A stretch of 63,695 bases of DNA, the filler included, from an uncultured bacterium (GTDB lineage Bacteria > Auribacterota > CAZIXI01), in the NCBI GenBank assembly GCA_964543115.1. It is 3 parts of 3 records of this genome, joined end to end, with 100 filler letters (N's around TTAATTAATTAA, not from the genome) between each part and the next. Parts side by side here need not be neighbours in the genome. Positions count along the whole stretch, not along the records: positions 43,327 to 63,695 come from CAZIXI010000031.1; 2 more parts are not named here. The stretch is one strand, 5' to 3'. Each line of letters begins with the position of its first letter. The first letter of the stretch is position 1. Shown in pieces: positions 62,209 to 63,695 of this stretch. The position numbers and the translations under genes are program-made. Below the pieces are notes generated by a model. The model made no database searches. It was not told where the DNA came from and saw only the letters and a list, made by a program, of their open reading frames with translations.

Positions 62209-63270
62209 CTGCGGCGCGACTACTGCTTCCGGCGGAACGATTACCTTCCGCCCTTCATATTTCACGATATCATTACGTTCAAAACCGGTTCCCGAAATCG
62301 GCACGGCCTTGGAAAATTTCTCATCCACCTTAACCACTTCCAGGCTGCCGATCCTTTTCTTTTCCGAACCAAGATTTAACCCAGTTTCCGGATCGATAAT
62401 GGGCTCACCGGGTTTCCAGACGGAAAAATTATCTCCGATAACAATCCCCGCCGTGCGGCCGCAGTTAATAAAGAGATTGCCGTCTTTATCCATGGCTATC
62501 CGGCCTTCCCAGGTAATCTTATCAAGTTCCAAAATAATAAAAAATACTGCCTGATTAATGGCGTCACGCACCGCCATATCCAGGGGAGTACGTGCCTCAC
62601 CTCCGGCCATAAACCCAAAATCCCCGCCGGAATAACCAAAACTGCCGCCGCTGGACTTCGCCGAACCCTTACAGGCCTTGGAAGCCAATATCTGGCCGGT
62701 AGTTGTATCATAAATCCTGACATCAACCGCTACGTGCGCCCGGGCCTCTGAACTGCTGAAGGCAAATCCTTTAACGGCTATCGCTCCGCCTCCGCTGGAG
62801 GCGCGTTGCTCAAATTCAGTTACCGCGCCCTGAATAAGGATCTGCGCCCTGCTGATCTTGCCTGTCCCTGCTCCACCTTCTGCCGTAGTCCGGCCGCTGG
62901 AGGCAAAATCCTGTTCACGCAATACTGCTTGAATACTCTGCCTTTCCAGAACGATAAATCTTTTTGTATCCATAAGCGAGGTAATTAACTGATCGGCCAT
63001 CCCCACCCCAAGATTAACCTGTCCGGCCCAATTAGTTTTATTCTCAAATTCCGCTACGGCAACCAGTTTCTTCGGCCCGGTAGGCGCGGGCAGTGCCGCC
63101 GGCACTACCTGCTTTACTTCCTTGACCCTGGTGGTCCTGGTTGTTGTACCCCTATCTATTCTACTGCCCCGCCGATGGCCATGATACCTGCTGGCGGCAA
63201 CTACCTCTGTTTCAGCAAAGATAAAAGTAAGGGCGAGAAACACTGCCAGCCCGCAAATTAGTTTTCGCAT
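62206..63270 (-). CDS. CsgG/HfaB-family protein with FlgT-like C-terminal domain
   Basis: VAVAEFEN, LITSL..TKRFIVLERQ.I..VLREQ, LIQGAVTEF, VDVRIYDTTTGQI, IDPETG..LG. Confidence 0.82.
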   Translation of the reverse strand: MRKLICGLAVFLALTFIFAETEVVAASRYHGHRRGSRIDRGTTTRTTRVKEVKQVVPAALPAPTGPKKLVAVAEFENKTNWAGQVNLGVGMADQLITSLMDTKRFIVLERQSIQAVLREQDFASSGRTTAEGGAGTGKISRAQILIQGAVTEFEQRASSGGGAIAVKGFAFSSSEARAHVAVDVRIYDTTTGQILASKACKGSAKSSGGSFGYSGGDFGFMAGGEARTPLDMAVRDAINQAVFFIILELDKITWEGRIAMDKDGNLFINCGRTAGIVIGDNFSVWKPGEPIIDPETGLNLGSEKKRIGSLEVVKVDEKFSKAVPISGTGFERNDIVKYEGRKVIVPPEAVVAPQ

Positions 63271-63299
63271 AAAGATACCTCCAGCTGCTTCCGTATTGA

Positions 63300-63695
63300 T
63301 TACTGAGGCTGTTTCCGTAACTCCAGCCTGTTGCCGGTTTTAGCTACCAGCTCTAATTTTATATTAGGCAACTTTGTTGCCTGTTGATCAAAGTTTTTCC
63401 ACAAAGAACCATCAACAGACAGATCAATAACCATAACACCTTTATTAAAGCTGCGTTCATAAACACCCTGCACTCCGCGGATGGCCTCCAGATCACTCTT
63501 CAGGATATCCCGGTCACCACCGGCTAAATTATCAACCACCAATTGCACATTAACGGTATTAAATACCTCTGAACGCCAGCGCTCAACTATCTTATTCATC
63601 ATGCTGTCAGCGGCATTTTTTCCGGCACTGGCCAGAGCCTTATTTGCCGTCGGCATCCGTCCGCTGCCCCGTTCGGTAGCGGAAGCAGTATCGGA
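63300..63695 (-). CDS. Hypothetical exported protein, C-terminal fragment (FlgT-like; 5' end outside window)
   Basis: ORF 63300-63656 with the frame continuing to the window edge; co-oriented with the csgG-like gene. Confidence 0.6.
   Translation of the reverse strand, partial: SDTASATERGSGRMPTANKALASAGKNAADSMMNKIVERWRSEVFNTVNVQLVVDNLAGGDRDILKSDLEAIRGVQGVYERSFNKGVMVIDLSVDGSLWKNFDQQATKLPNIKLELVAKTGNRLELRKQPQ

Overview
The window joins three unrelated contigs (1-21621, 21722-43226, 43327-63695) with artificial 100-nt N/TTAATTAATTAA spacers. It comes from a Gram-negative bacterium; the giant multi-domain proteins suggest Omnitrophota (OP3), which is inference. The main discovery is absent from the ORF track. 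A stop-free minus-strand ORF starts at 12860 and runs off the left edge (>=4286 codons). Translated by hand, it fuses a signal-peptide-like N-terminus, two 6-phosphogluconate dehydrogenases, three Zn-dependent MDR dehydrogenases, a B12-radical SAM domain, a SAM methyltransferase, a cupin glucose-6-phosphate isomerase, a sedoheptulose-7-phosphate cyclase with 2-epi-5-epi-valiolone synthase (EEVS) signatures and a ValC/AcbM-like ROK kinase. This looks like a C7-cyclitol pathway in one polypeptide. Contig 1 also has a second giant frame (15305->21619) broken by two in-frame stops, which contains a Legionella SidJ-like pseudokinase domain. Contig 2 carries a >5600-aa protein split only by an N gap. 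It has six tandem AAA+ modules, an acidic tract and a MIDAS vWA domain (midasin/Rea1-like layout), followed by a CPBP membrane protease domain and HEAT repeats. Contig 3 is mostly housekeeping: a sigma54 activator, glycosyltransferases, wzm/wzt, cstA, msbA, lpxB, a gnnA-like gene, lpxI, flavodoxin, alaS, degP and a csgG-like gene, plus REP/MITE-like intergenic repeats. All domain calls come from manual motif reading; no database search was run.
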